Of a stretch of 64,000 nucleotides of DNA, positions 1-9,466 are shown piece after piece (position 1 is the stretch's first letter; every line of letters starts with the position of its first letter). The DNA is from a virus (taxonomy: Duplodnaviria; Caudoviricetes): IMG/VR virus record IMGVR_UViG_3300014204_000146, positions 26,592 to 90,591 of that record; one strand, written 5' to 3'. The notes under the pieces are model-generated. The model searched no databases. It saw nothing but the letters and a program-made list of their open reading frames with translations, and was not told where the DNA came from. Made by a program: the position numbers and the translations under genes.

Positions 1-2
1 GC

Positions 3-473
3 AGCCGTCAGAAGAATACTCTCGGCTGGTTCTGGCATGATAAATGGAATCTCGATAAAAAAGATATTCCCGAAATAAATATATGTGCTGAGAATTTGAA
101 TAAAAATCCGATAGAGACCTTGGTACATGAGATGGTACATTATTCGTTGCATGTGGAGAAGGTTGATGACTGCAACGCGCAAGGCTACCACAATAAACAC
201 TTCAAAGCGCGAGCTGAATTGTACGGTTTAAACGTAGAAAAGAGCGGAAGACATGGATGGGCGTTTACTTCTATTTCTCCCAAGCTCGAAGACTTGTTAA
301 AAAAGATAGAAATAAATTATGAAACATTTAAGATGGTAAGAAACATTACCTCCACCACGGTCGCTCCTACAAAGATGAAGAAGTGGACTTGTGATTGTAC
401 AACTGTACGTTGCGCGACTGATTTAAAAGCTAAATGTAACTCTTGTGGAAAAGATTTTAACGAGGAAGAATAA
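3..473 (+). CDS. SprT-like zinc metalloprotease domain protein (5' partial)
   Basis: Frame open from window start; HEMVH (HExxH) followed by GYHNKHF; C-terminal CxC...CxxC. Confidence 0.75.
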   Translation, partial: SRQKNTLGWFWHDKWNLDKKDIPEINICAENLNKNPIETLVHEMVHYSLHVEKVDDCNAQGYHNKHFKARAELYGLNVEKSGRHGWAFTSISPKLEDLLKKIEINYETFKMVRNITSTTVAPTKMKKWTCDCTTVRCATDLKAKCNSCGKDFNEEE

Positions 474-623
474 ATGTTAAGACATTCTTTTAAATATCGA
501 AAGGCTAATTCTTGGATGGGAAGGTTCGGGGGTGGATGGCAATGGAAACTCGGAATTCAACAAGGTGGAAATAGTTTACTTATTAGTTTATTAATTTGTG
601 AAATTTATTTTTGGATTGAATAA
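474..623 (+). CDS. small hypothetical protein (49 aa)
   Basis: ATG directly after previous stop; fills the gap to the next gene; manual translation MLRHSFKYRK... Confidence 0.45.
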   Translation: MLRHSFKYRKANSWMGRFGGGWQWKLGIQQGGNSLLISLLICEIYFWIE

Positions 624-624
624 C

Positions 625-960
625 ATGAGCACATACGAAAAAGGATTACAATTAGCATGTCTCATTGCCGAATGGCTCAAGCCCATTGATAAGAGAGCTC
701 GTCCGACTAAAGGCAGTGGAAATAAAGGACAAGTAGCCGACGTACAAAATAAATATTTCATAATTGAGGCAAAGAATTGGGACGTTGGCAATATCATCAT
801 AGATAAAGGAATCTGGGATAAGTTATTGTCAGAGGTTCCGTCTTCATCTCAACGGTTGCCGATGCTTGTTCAGCAGAACGCACAGGGGGATATTGTAGTA
901 AGTATGAGGATTCAGGATATATTTTCAATTATTTATCAAGCATATCCAAAGGACGAATAA
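625..960 (+). CDS. Hjc-like PD-(D/E)xK Holliday junction resolvase/nuclease
   Basis: YEKG...GSG...ADV...IEAK pattern; start moved to MSTYEKG at 625. Confidence 0.65.
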   Translation: MSTYEKGLQLACLIAEWLKPIDKRARPTKGSGNKGQVADVQNKYFIIEAKNWDVGNIIIDKGIWDKLLSEVPSSSQRLPMLVQQNAQGDIVVSMRIQDIFSIIYQAYPKDE

Positions 961-961
961 A

Positions 962-1876
962 ATGAAAACATTTAAACCTATGTTATGTCCAAATGAGGTT
1001 GTTAAAATAGAAGATATGAAGTACCCATTGTTTGCGTCGTATAAACTGGATGGATGTCGTCTACTTTTCAAAGACGGACAAATGTACAGTCGTTCGCTCA
1101 AACAATTCCCAAATATTCAGCTCCGTTCTCGTTTTGAATCTCTGGCAAAATTAACAAAAGAAGAAAATATTATATTAGACGGAGAACTTTTAGCAAAATC
1201 GCTCACCTTTAATGAACTCAGCGGATTAACTCGACAACTTAATAAGGAGCTTCCGCCAGACTTATATTTTTATTGCTTTGATTTAATAAACGATAAAAAT
1301 TATGATGAAACATTTGAGTATCGAATTTTGAATTTAATAAGATTTCAGGATATATTAGAGAAAGAATCCAAATATATAAAAATAATCCCACAAAAAATTA
1401 TCAATAAATCAGAAGAAATTAATTCTTTATATGAAGAAGCCATGGAATGGGGCTGCGACGGGCTGATATTGCGCGCTCCTGAAGGAAGATATAAATTAGG
1501 CAGAGCAACAGTAAAAGAAGCATTGGCGTATAAATTGAAGCCATTCCAAACCTTTGATTCAACAATAATTGATATAATCCAAGCTACCGAAGTATTAGAA
1601 ACAGCAGAGAAAAAAATCAACGAGCTTGGGCGGAGTGTAACTTCTAAAAAAATAAGAGACCGAGTATTAATTGATAAAGCATCTGCGTTTGCTGTTATGT
1701 ATGAGGGAAAAGAATTAAAAGTAACAATTGCAGCGACTGACGAAGAAAAAGAAGAGATATGGAAGAATAGGAAATCATATATTGGACGTTGGATAGAATA
1801 TAAAGGAATGTTGGTCGGAGCAAAAGACTTACCACGTCATCCTACAACACTGAGGCTACGCCCAGACAAAGACTAA
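962..1876 (+). CDS. lig: ATP-dependent DNA ligase
   Basis: KLDG motif I, LDGEL, FDLI, DGLILR, YKLK. Confidence 0.92.
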   Translation: MKTFKPMLCPNEVVKIEDMKYPLFASYKLDGCRLLFKDGQMYSRSLKQFPNIQLRSRFESLAKLTKEENIILDGELLAKSLTFNELSGLTRQLNKELPPDLYFYCFDLINDKNYDETFEYRILNLIRFQDILEKESKYIKIIPQKIINKSEEINSLYEEAMEWGCDGLILRAPEGRYKLGRATVKEALAYKLKPFQTFDSTIIDIIQATEVLETAEKKINELGRSVTSKKIRDRVLIDKASAFAVMYEGKELKVTIAATDEEKEEIWKNRKSYIGRWIEYKGMLVGAKDLPRHPTTLRLRPDKD

Positions 1877-1877
1877 T

Positions 1878-2108
1878 ATGGATAAATTAACTGCACAAAT
1901 AAAACAACTTAATATTATTTATCGCAATATGACTGAGAATTATTCTATACTAAAAAAGACGTATAGAAATCATTCGTCTATCAAGCAGAAGTTCGTCCTA
2001 TCAGAAGAAATATTTTTACAGGGTTTGATGTTGATTCATGATAAAATAGAGGCAGCCGAAACCAAAAGAGAATTTACTCGTATTATAAAAGGAGCTAAAA
2101 ATGGGTAG
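1878..2108 (+). CDS. hypothetical protein
   Basis: Operon-packed ORF between ligase and recA. Confidence 0.6.
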   Translation: MDKLTAQIKQLNIIYRNMTENYSILKKTYRNHSSIKQKFVLSEEIFLQGLMLIHDKIEAAETKREFTRIIKGAKNG

Positions 2109-3192
2109 AACTAAAGGAGCTGTAGGAAAGAAAAATAAAAAACAAGATAAAGTTACTCAAGAGCTCTTATCCAAGGGAACAGATATAGTAAAAGAGTTTG
2201 ATGAATCAGCCTCGGTTCTTGTTGTTCCAACAAAACAGGTTGATGTGATTGGGACTATAACCTTAGACAAAGAAGCTTTAAAAAATCAACAAGAAAAACT
2301 TGCCATAGCCAAAAAAGTCATGAAGGATATTAACCTTCAATATAAAGACCCTACAATGGTCAAGATGGCTGTCGATGAACCTCTAAAAGAAAGTGTTTAT
2401 TTTGATATTCCAGACATTGATAAATTTTTTGATGGGGGAGCGGTAAGGGGAAATTATGTTATTTTTTGGGGCGGGGAAGGTGTAGGTAAGACTACCCTCG
2501 CGCTGCTTCAGATTGCCTGGGCGCAAAGGAATGGATTGGTCTGTGCTTATATTGATATGGAACATACGCTTGAAAAAGCAAGAATGACTGAATGTGGAGT
2601 GAATATTGACGACCTGCTTTTAATTGAAGGTTGCGACAATGCAGAACAAGCAATGGATATTACTATAAAACTATCTACAGAAAAAGCCGTTGATTTGATT
2701 ATAGTGGATTCCATTCAAGCAATGTCTCCAAAAGAAGAACAGTTTGAAGGTAAGAAATTAAATAAAACCCGGTCAATGGAAAAGAATGAAGTTGCTTCAT
2801 TGGCAGGAAAAATGGATAAATTTTTACGCAGAACTTCCGGTGCTGTTTATAAAGCCAAGATTGGCATATTCCTTATCGGACAGGTTAGAACTCAAGGCAT
2901 TGGGTCTTTCTATACGCATGATGGATTGAGCGGAGGTCATGCTCTAAAACATTGGTCTGTACTCACTGTATATCTTCGCAAAGGACAAAAAGACGACGCT
3001 CCGTATGAGGAGATAGAAATCGACGAAAAGGACGATAAAGGAAAGCCAAAAAAAGAAAAGAGATATTTAGGATTCAATTGTGTTATGAAAATTGACAAAA
3101 CCAAAAAATCAAAATCAATGCCAGAATTATCTGAGCTACAAATCCCGTTTTGGTTCGAATCAGGATTTTTTAAACCAGAGGAGAAAAAATGA
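2101..3192 (+). CDS. recA: RecA/UvsX-like recombinase
   Basis: Walker A GGEGVGKT, YIDMEH, Walker B IIVDS, IGQVR, SGGHALKH. Confidence 0.92.
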   Translation: MGRTKGAVGKKNKKQDKVTQELLSKGTDIVKEFDESASVLVVPTKQVDVIGTITLDKEALKNQQEKLAIAKKVMKDINLQYKDPTMVKMAVDEPLKESVYFDIPDIDKFFDGGAVRGNYVIFWGGEGVGKTTLALLQIAWAQRNGLVCAYIDMEHTLEKARMTECGVNIDDLLLIEGCDNAEQAMDITIKLSTEKAVDLIIVDSIQAMSPKEEQFEGKKLNKTRSMEKNEVASLAGKMDKFLRRTSGAVYKAKIGIFLIGQVRTQGIGSFYTHDGLSGGHALKHWSVLTVYLRKGQKDDAPYEEIEIDEKDDKGKPKKEKRYLGFNCVMKIDKTKKSKSMPELSELQIPFWFESGFFKPEEKK

Positions 3193-3259
3193 ACTATCTT
3201 ACTTTTTTATATTGGAATAATTTTTATTATCTAACTGCAATATCCTAATAGGAGAACCT

Positions 3260-6200
3260 GTGAAACTTTTAAATATCAGCAATGAAAATCGATTAATAAC
3301 TCTTTTTTGTCGAGAAGACAATGGAAAACAAGTAATCTATCCCATTGACTCTTATTTTCCTTATTTCTATAATTACGACGAAAGAGGACAGTTAATTGCT
3401 TACGATGGGAAGAGGGTCAAAAGAATTAATTGTAAGAATCCTTCTGATATTTACAAGATGAAAAAAGATGATAGTCCAGAATCAGATGTGATTTATTTTA
3501 AGAGATTCTTAATTGACCGCGTACCCGTAATTGAAAAGACGACAATCAAATATTTCTTTTTAGATACAGAAATGTTGACCAAAGAATTGCCAGACCCGCG
3601 CTTTCCTATACAGCCTGTGAGTTGTATGTCTATCTATAATTCTTTATATGAGAAGGTACAAACGTGGTACATATTGGACTATCCAGGAACACTCGAACAA
3701 CAAGAACGGCAGCTCTTCCAGGATGCGATTAAGTATATCAAAAGCGAAGCGCCCGACCTTATTCTAATATGGAACCGAGATTTCGATTATGACTATCTTT
3801 ATAATAGGTATGATAAACTTTTCAATCCTGATGTTGATACCAGTAATAAATATCACATGACAAGAAACGATTTTGCAACGGCTATAAGTCCTATTATGAG
3901 AAATCGGTCAGGACATCGGGAAGCGGAAACAATGTATCCTGCTGGAATAAGTATTGTTGATTATCTTGAGTGGTATAGGAAGGTTTATAAAACTCTCATG
4001 TCATATGCTTTAGACGATGTTGCTCAAGAAGAATTGGGAGAAGTATCTTGGGGGAAGACAGACTTCTCAGTATTGTCTCCAGATATAAAAGCAAAAAATA
4101 TAAATGATGTACTGAGGATGGCGAAAATAGAAAAGAAAAGACAGCTTATCCCTTATTATGACGAAACGAGACGAATGTCAAAAAGTGTTTGGGAAGACCT
4201 TCATTGGAACTGTTTAGATGAACAAACAGAAATTCTAACAAAAAACGGTTGGAGAAATAGACTTACAATATCTAAAACCGACGAAGTGTTGAGTTTCAAT
4301 TTATTTTCTAAAGAATATGAATATACTCCGATTATAGCAAAAATGGAAAGTTTTTATAAAGGAAACATGATTAATTATGAGCAAGGAAGAGTAAATTTCT
4401 GTGTTACTCCAAATCATAAATTTCCTATGATATTTACAAGAAATGAAGGAAAATATACAGGAACAGAAGAAATATGTTTTGAATATGCAAACTCTATTCC
4501 GACTCAAAGAAGAAGATTTATTTTGGGAAGTATGGGATATAAAGGAGGAAAGAATAATTATTTTAAAGATGAAGAAATTAAACTCTGTGCATGGATTATT
4601 ACAGAAGGACATTTTTTACCAGGAAGCACAAGAGAGTTTGGGGGAGGAATATACATATATCAATCAATTAAAAACGAAGAAAAACAAAATGAAATAGAAA
4701 AAATTTTAAAATCGTTAGATATTCCTTATAAGAAAAAAATTGATAGATTTTTTATTCCTTCTGCTTATGCCACAAAGTATAGAATATTATTAAACAATAA
4801 AAAACAAATTCCTGAATTATTTTTTGAATTGCCAAATCATCAAATGAAATTATTCTTATCTGAAGCTATAAAAGGAGATGGGCATAAAGATGAATTTAGT
4901 CCGTCGGCTTATATTTGTACTTCGGACAAAATTTTGGTTGAACAATATCAAAGATTAAGCGTCTTAGCTGGGTATAATGCGTATATTAGACAAGAAGATG
5001 CTACAGAATGTATGCACAAAAAGCTATTAAAACCCACAATTACATATTATGCTTGTATTTATATAGGAGATAATTATACTATCGAACACAGTCCAAAATG
5101 GAGAAAAGAACTTTTTTATAATGGAATTGTGTGGTGTATTCAAACAAGTTTTCAAAATTTTATCATTCGACGTGCTGGAAAAGTAATGGTCAGCGGTAAC
5201 TCAAAAATCATCGACCAGCTTATTTTGTCAGAAGCCAAACTTCAAAACATTGTTCTTCCTAAAAAGAAATATGGAATGGATATTCCAGAAGGAGATGCTG
5301 AAACATTCGAAGGAGCATATCGCAGAGCAGAACCAGGACGCTATAAATCCACAGAAGAATTGAAATTATGGAAAGTAGATTTGGCTTCAGCGTATCCTCA
5401 AGCTATAATAGATTTTTGTTTAGATACCAGCAATATTGCCAATGAAACAAATGCTTGTGGATTGGGAATAGCAATAAATGGCAATATTTTTCTTCAAAAT
5501 CCAAATGCTCTTTTGCCATCTGTAGCAAGAAAATTGTTGATTAGAAAGGCAGACTTAAAAAAACAATTAAGTTTAGTTGACCCAGAATCTAAAGAAGGAA
5601 AAGACCTTCAAACTAAATATGACGCTGCCAAGGGTCTTGTTAATTCTTTATTTGGAGTTACTGGATTAAAGATTTTTAGATTATTTGATATTAGAGTGGC
5701 AGGAGCCATTCCATTTCTTATTCGTGATGTACTGCATTATGTAGAAGACAATAATGGATTGAAAGTAGTTTATACAGACACTGACTCATTATTTATACTG
5801 TCAAAAGAAAATCCCACAGACAAATTAAATCTTCTGGTACAACAGTGGGTAAAAGAAAAATATGGAAAAGACAGTACCAATATCGAATTTGAATGTGAAG
5901 GCTACTTTGAAAAAATTCTTATTATCACCATGTGTAGATACAAGGGCTGGCTCAGAAAAATGAACGGTAAGTTAAAGGTAGAAATAAAAGGTATTGAATC
6001 GAAGAGGAAAGATTCTTCTACTTATATGAAAAAATTTCAAACAACGCTGATTGATAAGGTAGTAAATGAAGAGCCATATAATTCTACGCTTGCCTGGATT
6101 AAACAAGAAATGGAAGCAATAAAGAAACAGCCAATAGAAAATATTGCATTTCCTTGTAAGATTGCAGCCGGGAAGGAATATGTCAACGAACCTATATTTG

Positions 6201-6595
6201 TCCGCGCTCTTAAATATGCTCAAGAACTGGCTCCGCTATTTAAGAAATATTCAGGAGATGTATTTTTCTGGTTGTATGTAAAACCATTTGGAACTGAAAC
6301 TCGAATGGCTATGAGAACTCATAAGGGTGTTCGCGCTCAGGAAGAGATTAAAAAAGAAAAGGATGTTATAGCTTTTGATTTAGATAATAAACAACACGTA
6401 CCAGAAATAGATTGGGATAAGATGATTGAACGTAATATCCTCAATAAAGTAGAAAATATATTTGAAGCTTTACAGTGGGATATGACCAGTTTATTGCCTC
6501 AAACAATTTCTAAAAAAGAACTTAACAAAGCAATAAAAGAAATAACTCAGGAAGATATATTAGAAGAATTAAAAAGACGGGGAGTTGTAAAATGA
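3260..6595 (+). CDS. polB: family B DNA polymerase with 3'-5' exonuclease, interrupted by an intein
   Basis: ExoI LDTE, ExoII NRDFD; DLASAYP, KGLVNSLFG, YTDTDS. Confidence 0.95.
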   Translation: MKLLNISNENRLITLFCREDNGKQVIYPIDSYFPYFYNYDERGQLIAYDGKRVKRINCKNPSDIYKMKKDDSPESDVIYFKRFLIDRVPVIEKTTIKYFFLDTEMLTKELPDPRFPIQPVSCMSIYNSLYEKVQTWYILDYPGTLEQQERQLFQDAIKYIKSEAPDLILIWNRDFDYDYLYNRYDKLFNPDVDTSNKYHMTRNDFATAISPIMRNRSGHREAETMYPAGISIVDYLEWYRKVYKTLMSYALDDVAQEELGEVSWGKTDFSVLSPDIKAKNINDVLRMAKIEKKRQLIPYYDETRRMSKSVWEDLHWNCLDEQTEILTKNGWRNRLTISKTDEVLSFNLFSKEYEYTPIIAKMESFYKGNMINYEQGRVNFCVTPNHKFPMIFTRNEGKYTGTEEICFEYANSIPTQRRRFILGSMGYKGGKNNYFKDEEIKLCAWIITEGHFLPGSTREFGGGIYIYQSIKNEEKQNEIEKILKSLDIPYKKKIDRFFIPSAYATKYRILLNNKKQIPELFFELPNHQMKLFLSEAIKGDGHKDEFSPSAYICTSDKILVEQYQRLSVLAGYNAYIRQEDATECMHKKLLKPTITYYACIYIGDNYTIEHSPKWRKELFYNGIVWCIQTSFQNFIIRRAGKVMVSGNSKIIDQLILSEAKLQNIVLPKKKYGMDIPEGDAETFEGAYRRAEPGRYKSTEELKLWKVDLASAYPQAIIDFCLDTSNIANETNACGLGIAINGNIFLQNPNALLPSVARKLLIRKADLKKQLSLVDPESKEGKDLQTKYDAAKGLVNSLFGVTGLKIFRLFDIRVAGAIPFLIRDVLHYVEDNNGLKVVYTDTDSLFILSKENPTDKLNLLVQQWVKEKYGKDSTNIEFECEGYFEKILIITMCRYKGWLRKMNGKLKVEIKGIESKRKDSSTYMKKFQTTLIDKVVNEEPYNSTLAWIKQEMEAIKKQPIENIAFPCKIAAGKEYVNEPIFVRALKYAQELAPLFKKYSGDVFFWLYVKPFGTETRMAMRTHKGVRAQEEIKKEKDVIAFDLDNKQHVPEIDWDKMIERNILNKVENIFEALQWDMTSLLPQTISKKELNKAIKEITQEDILEELKRRGVVK
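4211..5200 (+). mobile_element. intein (330 aa) with LAGLIDADG-type homing endonuclease
   Basis: Starts CLDEQTEILTKNGW, block B VTPNHKF, LAGLIDADG-like LCAWIITEG and LSEAIKGDG, ends VMVSGN followed by Ser(+1). Confidence 0.92.
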
Positions 6596-7425
6596 ATATA
6601 GATTTATCTAAATTATCGACAGAAGAATTATTAAAATTAGCATCTTTAAAAGAAGATAAATTCGCGGAGGAAGTGTCGAAACAGACACGCCCTGTTTCCA
6701 ACGGGGAGAGTGAGGCGCAAGTCCTCAACTCCGCTCCAATTTTAATTCCAAAAATAAATAATTATTCTAATGATTTTGATTTATCTAAATTAATAATAAA
6801 AGAAATACCATATTCCGAGGCAAAGCAATATATTAGTAAAAATCATTATAGCGGTTGTTTAGGAAGTTCTATAAGGACTTCTATTGGATTTTTCAATAAT
6901 AATTTATTAGTTACAGCAGTAATTTATGGTTATCCAGTTGGGAGACGAGCAAGTAATTATTTATCACCAAATAAAATAGAAAATGCAGAATTGGTTAGAT
7001 TGTTTAGTCAAGACGGACTACCTAAAAATACAGAAAGTTATTGTATTAGTAAATCATTTAAATTTTTAAAAGAAAACTATTCTGAAATAAAATATTTAAT
7101 ATCTTATGCTGATGGTGCTCATGGACATGTGGGATATATTTATCAGGCAACAAATTGGAAATATATAGGGTCGTCGAATCCGGGGAATGGAACATTTATT
7201 TTAGATGGAAAAAATATTCATCCACGAACGCTTTATGCAAAACATGGGACCAGTGATAGAAATAAAATAAAAACCATATACGGAGAAAGAGTAATCATAA
7301 AACATACCGAAGCAAAATATATTTATATAATGTGTTTAGGAAATAAAAAAGAATGTAGAGAGTGGTATTCTAAATTTAAGCAATTACCATATCCTAAAGC
7401 ACTTAATGATACAATTGTAAAATAA
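6592..7425 (+). CDS. mom: Mom-family (GNAT-fold) DNA adenine modification protein
   Basis: KNHYSG, ELVRLF...PKNTES..IS, LISYADG.HGHVGYIYQATNW; ATGA overlap with the polB stop. Confidence 0.85.
   Translation: MNIDLSKLSTEELLKLASLKEDKFAEEVSKQTRPVSNGESEAQVLNSAPILIPKINNYSNDFDLSKLIIKEIPYSEAKQYISKNHYSGCLGSSIRTSIGFFNNNLLVTAVIYGYPVGRRASNYLSPNKIENAELVRLFSQDGLPKNTESYCISKSFKFLKENYSEIKYLISYADGAHGHVGYIYQATNWKYIGSSNPGNGTFILDGKNIHPRTLYAKHGTSDRNKIKTIYGERVIIKHTEAKYIYIMCLGNKKECREWYSKFKQLPYPKALNDTIVK
6601..6792 (+). repeat. 15-nt direct repeat GATTTATCTAAATTA flanking the tRNA-like element
   Basis: Identical copies at 6601-6615 and 6778-6792, both encoding DLSKL. Confidence 0.8.
6664..6738 (+). tRNA. non-canonical tRNA-Gly(TCC)-like element embedded in the mom CDS
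   Basis: 75 nt. Acceptor GCGGAG/CTCCGC + T73 + CCA; D arm GTGTC/GACAC; anticodon arm CCCTG/CGGGG with loop TT-TCC-AA; T arm TGAGG/CCTCA with loop CGCAAGT. Confidence 0.8.
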
Positions 7426-7441
7426 TAAATAGGAGAATATA

Positions 7442-8038
7442 ATGAAATTTAAATTATCACTTCCTCGTCTTGAAAAGGCGCTCGGTTTTAAACTTCGTAA
7501 AAATGTATTTGTTCTTTCATTTGATACCGCAACTACAACTGGCATTGTGAAAATGTTAACAGATGGAAAGACTGCATCTTTTGAAACATCTACTGTTAAA
7601 CTTCCAGATGTACCGGAAGATATAGAAGACAAGGCAGAAAAGTACGAAGAACGCTTGGATATGTTGTTGACTATCGTTCGTGATTTTAAAAAGACGCTGG
7701 ATATAAAAAAAGATTATACTATTTTGGTATTGGAAAATTCTTATGCAGGAAAGAATGTTTATGGTTATGGATTTTTAAAAGGATTCATGGGCTTATTGTA
7801 TGCAGAATTTTACGATGTAGTTGACCATGTAGATATTTTATTTGCTTCTCAGGCGAGAAAGGCAGCAGGATTTAAATCTTCCATTCCAAAAAAACATGGC
7901 ATGAAGCCGAGTGAGGCAAGGAAAAAAAGAAAGGCTGAAATCGTTGCTTGGGTATCTCAAATATTAGGAAAAGATATTGAAAATGATGATGAAGCAGATG
8001 CGTTAATCTTAGCTTTCGCCGGAGCGAAGGAGAAATAA
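7442..8038 (+). CDS. ruvC: RuvC-like Holliday junction resolvase
   Basis: LSFDTATTTG, LVLENSY, QARKAAG, DDEADAL acidic catalytic pattern. Confidence 0.8.
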   Translation: MKFKLSLPRLEKALGFKLRKNVFVLSFDTATTTGIVKMLTDGKTASFETSTVKLPDVPEDIEDKAEKYEERLDMLLTIVRDFKKTLDIKKDYTILVLENSYAGKNVYGYGFLKGFMGLLYAEFYDVVDHVDILFASQARKAAGFKSSIPKKHGMKPSEARKKRKAEIVAWVSQILGKDIENDDEADALILAFAGAKEK

Positions 8039-8204
8039 TGGAACATATACGTCCAGCACTGAGAGATAAATTTGGAAATACTATTTATCCTACAGGAAAT
8101 GAATGGATTCTTGCTTTTGCTTTGAATGGATGTGAGTGGGCGAGAAATATAGTACGGCAGCAAACGAGTACGGAGATAGAAGAAAATATTAGAAAGGAGA
8201 AACA

Positions 8205-8705
8205 ATGAAGATAATTGTCGTAGTGGGAAATATTGGTTCGGGAAAGAGTACCTATATTCGTAAATTACATACAGCATTTAAGAACGATACTCCTCCTTAT
8301 ATTGTTATTGCGCGAGATACGATTCGTTATATGATGGGTGGGGGAAATTATGTTTTTAATCCAACTTTAGAAGAAGTTGTATGGCAGTCTGAGATGTATA
8401 TGATTAGGAGATTTTTACAAAAAGGATGCAACATTATCGTTGACGAAGTTGGTATTAGCCGGGATATGAGAAAAAAATATATTCAATTGGCAAAAGAATT
8501 TAATTATGATATTGAAGCTCATGTTTTTCCTCGTTTAACGATGCAAGAAAGTGTTGACCGCAGAATGAACAATCCACATGAATGTCCAGACAGGGAGCTG
8601 TGGGAAGGAGTTTGGAAGAAGTTCGATAATCGATATCAAGAACCTACAGTAGAGGAAGGATTTGCTTTTATTAGATACATGACCAGAGAAGAGATAGGAG
8701 TATAA
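8205..8705 (+). CDS. P-loop kinase (polynucleotide kinase/AAA_33-like)
   Basis: VVGNIGSGKST, IARDTIR, IIVDE, RRMNN lid. Confidence 0.8.
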   Translation: MKIIVVVGNIGSGKSTYIRKLHTAFKNDTPPYIVIARDTIRYMMGGGNYVFNPTLEEVVWQSEMYMIRRFLQKGCNIIVDEVGISRDMRKKYIQLAKEFNYDIEAHVFPRLTMQESVDRRMNNPHECPDRELWEGVWKKFDNRYQEPTVEEGFAFIRYMTREEIGV

Positions 8706-8706
8706 G

Positions 8707-8925
8707 ATGAGATGTATCGTGTTAGAAAGTTTCACATTTGAGATTGCAGTTGGAGATATTGTTGAACCATTGGGTTATGTAGATAGGGATGGACTATGTT
8801 CGGCTGTGATTTATCATGATGGTAAATTTAAATTAATACCTCTCTGTCATTTAGAAAAAGTAGAAGAATATCCAAACCCAAAAATTATTCCACCCAACTA
8901 TGAAACTTTAGGAGGCAGTCAATGA
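8707..8925 (+). CDS. hypothetical protein
   Basis: Operon-packed ORF. Confidence 0.55.
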   Translation: MRCIVLESFTFEIAVGDIVEPLGYVDRDGLCSAVIYHDGKFKLIPLCHLEKVEEYPNPKIIPPNYETLGGSQ

Positions 8926-9167
8926 AATTTAGAGACCAAGAATTTAATGAAGTAAAAGTAATATCGGCATTTAATGAATTTGATTTGTCTCAAAAAATAT
9001 CAAATGTAGCAAATCAAAGAACTATTATAGATTTACAATTCGCTGTTAGCAAACAAATAATACCTGCTTATATGGATGAACAAACCCTAACGTATGTTTG
9101 AGAAACATCTCATTACGAATATTTTGCAATACTGTTGTTACAATAATAAAGAAAGGAGGAACAACGC

Positions 9168-9389
9168 ATGATTACAAGCTCAGGAGTAGAAAAGGACTAT
9201 AACGATATAGTCAGAGACGAAAAACAGGACGGTCTTGGAAAGCTTTTGTCTGTATTTCGACTGGTGTTGAAGTTGATGGTCAATATCAGAACGAATACTG
9301 CTTTGCCAGAATCTGAAAAGGCTCGCTTGTTCGAAGAAGCAAAAAAGAAACAAACGGAACAGAACACCAAGAAAGAAGTAGGAAAGTAA
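9168..9389 (+). CDS. hypothetical protein
   Basis: Strong RBS (AAGGAGG) upstream. Confidence 0.6.
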   Translation: MITSSGVEKDYNDIVRDEKQDGLGKLLSVFRLVLKLMVNIRTNTALPESEKARLFEEAKKKQTEQNTKKEVGK

Positions 9390-9466
9390 TATCGATAGAG
9401 GTAGAGCTTTAGTCTCTGCCTCCCAACTATGCGTTTTATAAACCAAGTTCCTAAAAGGAGCCGACC

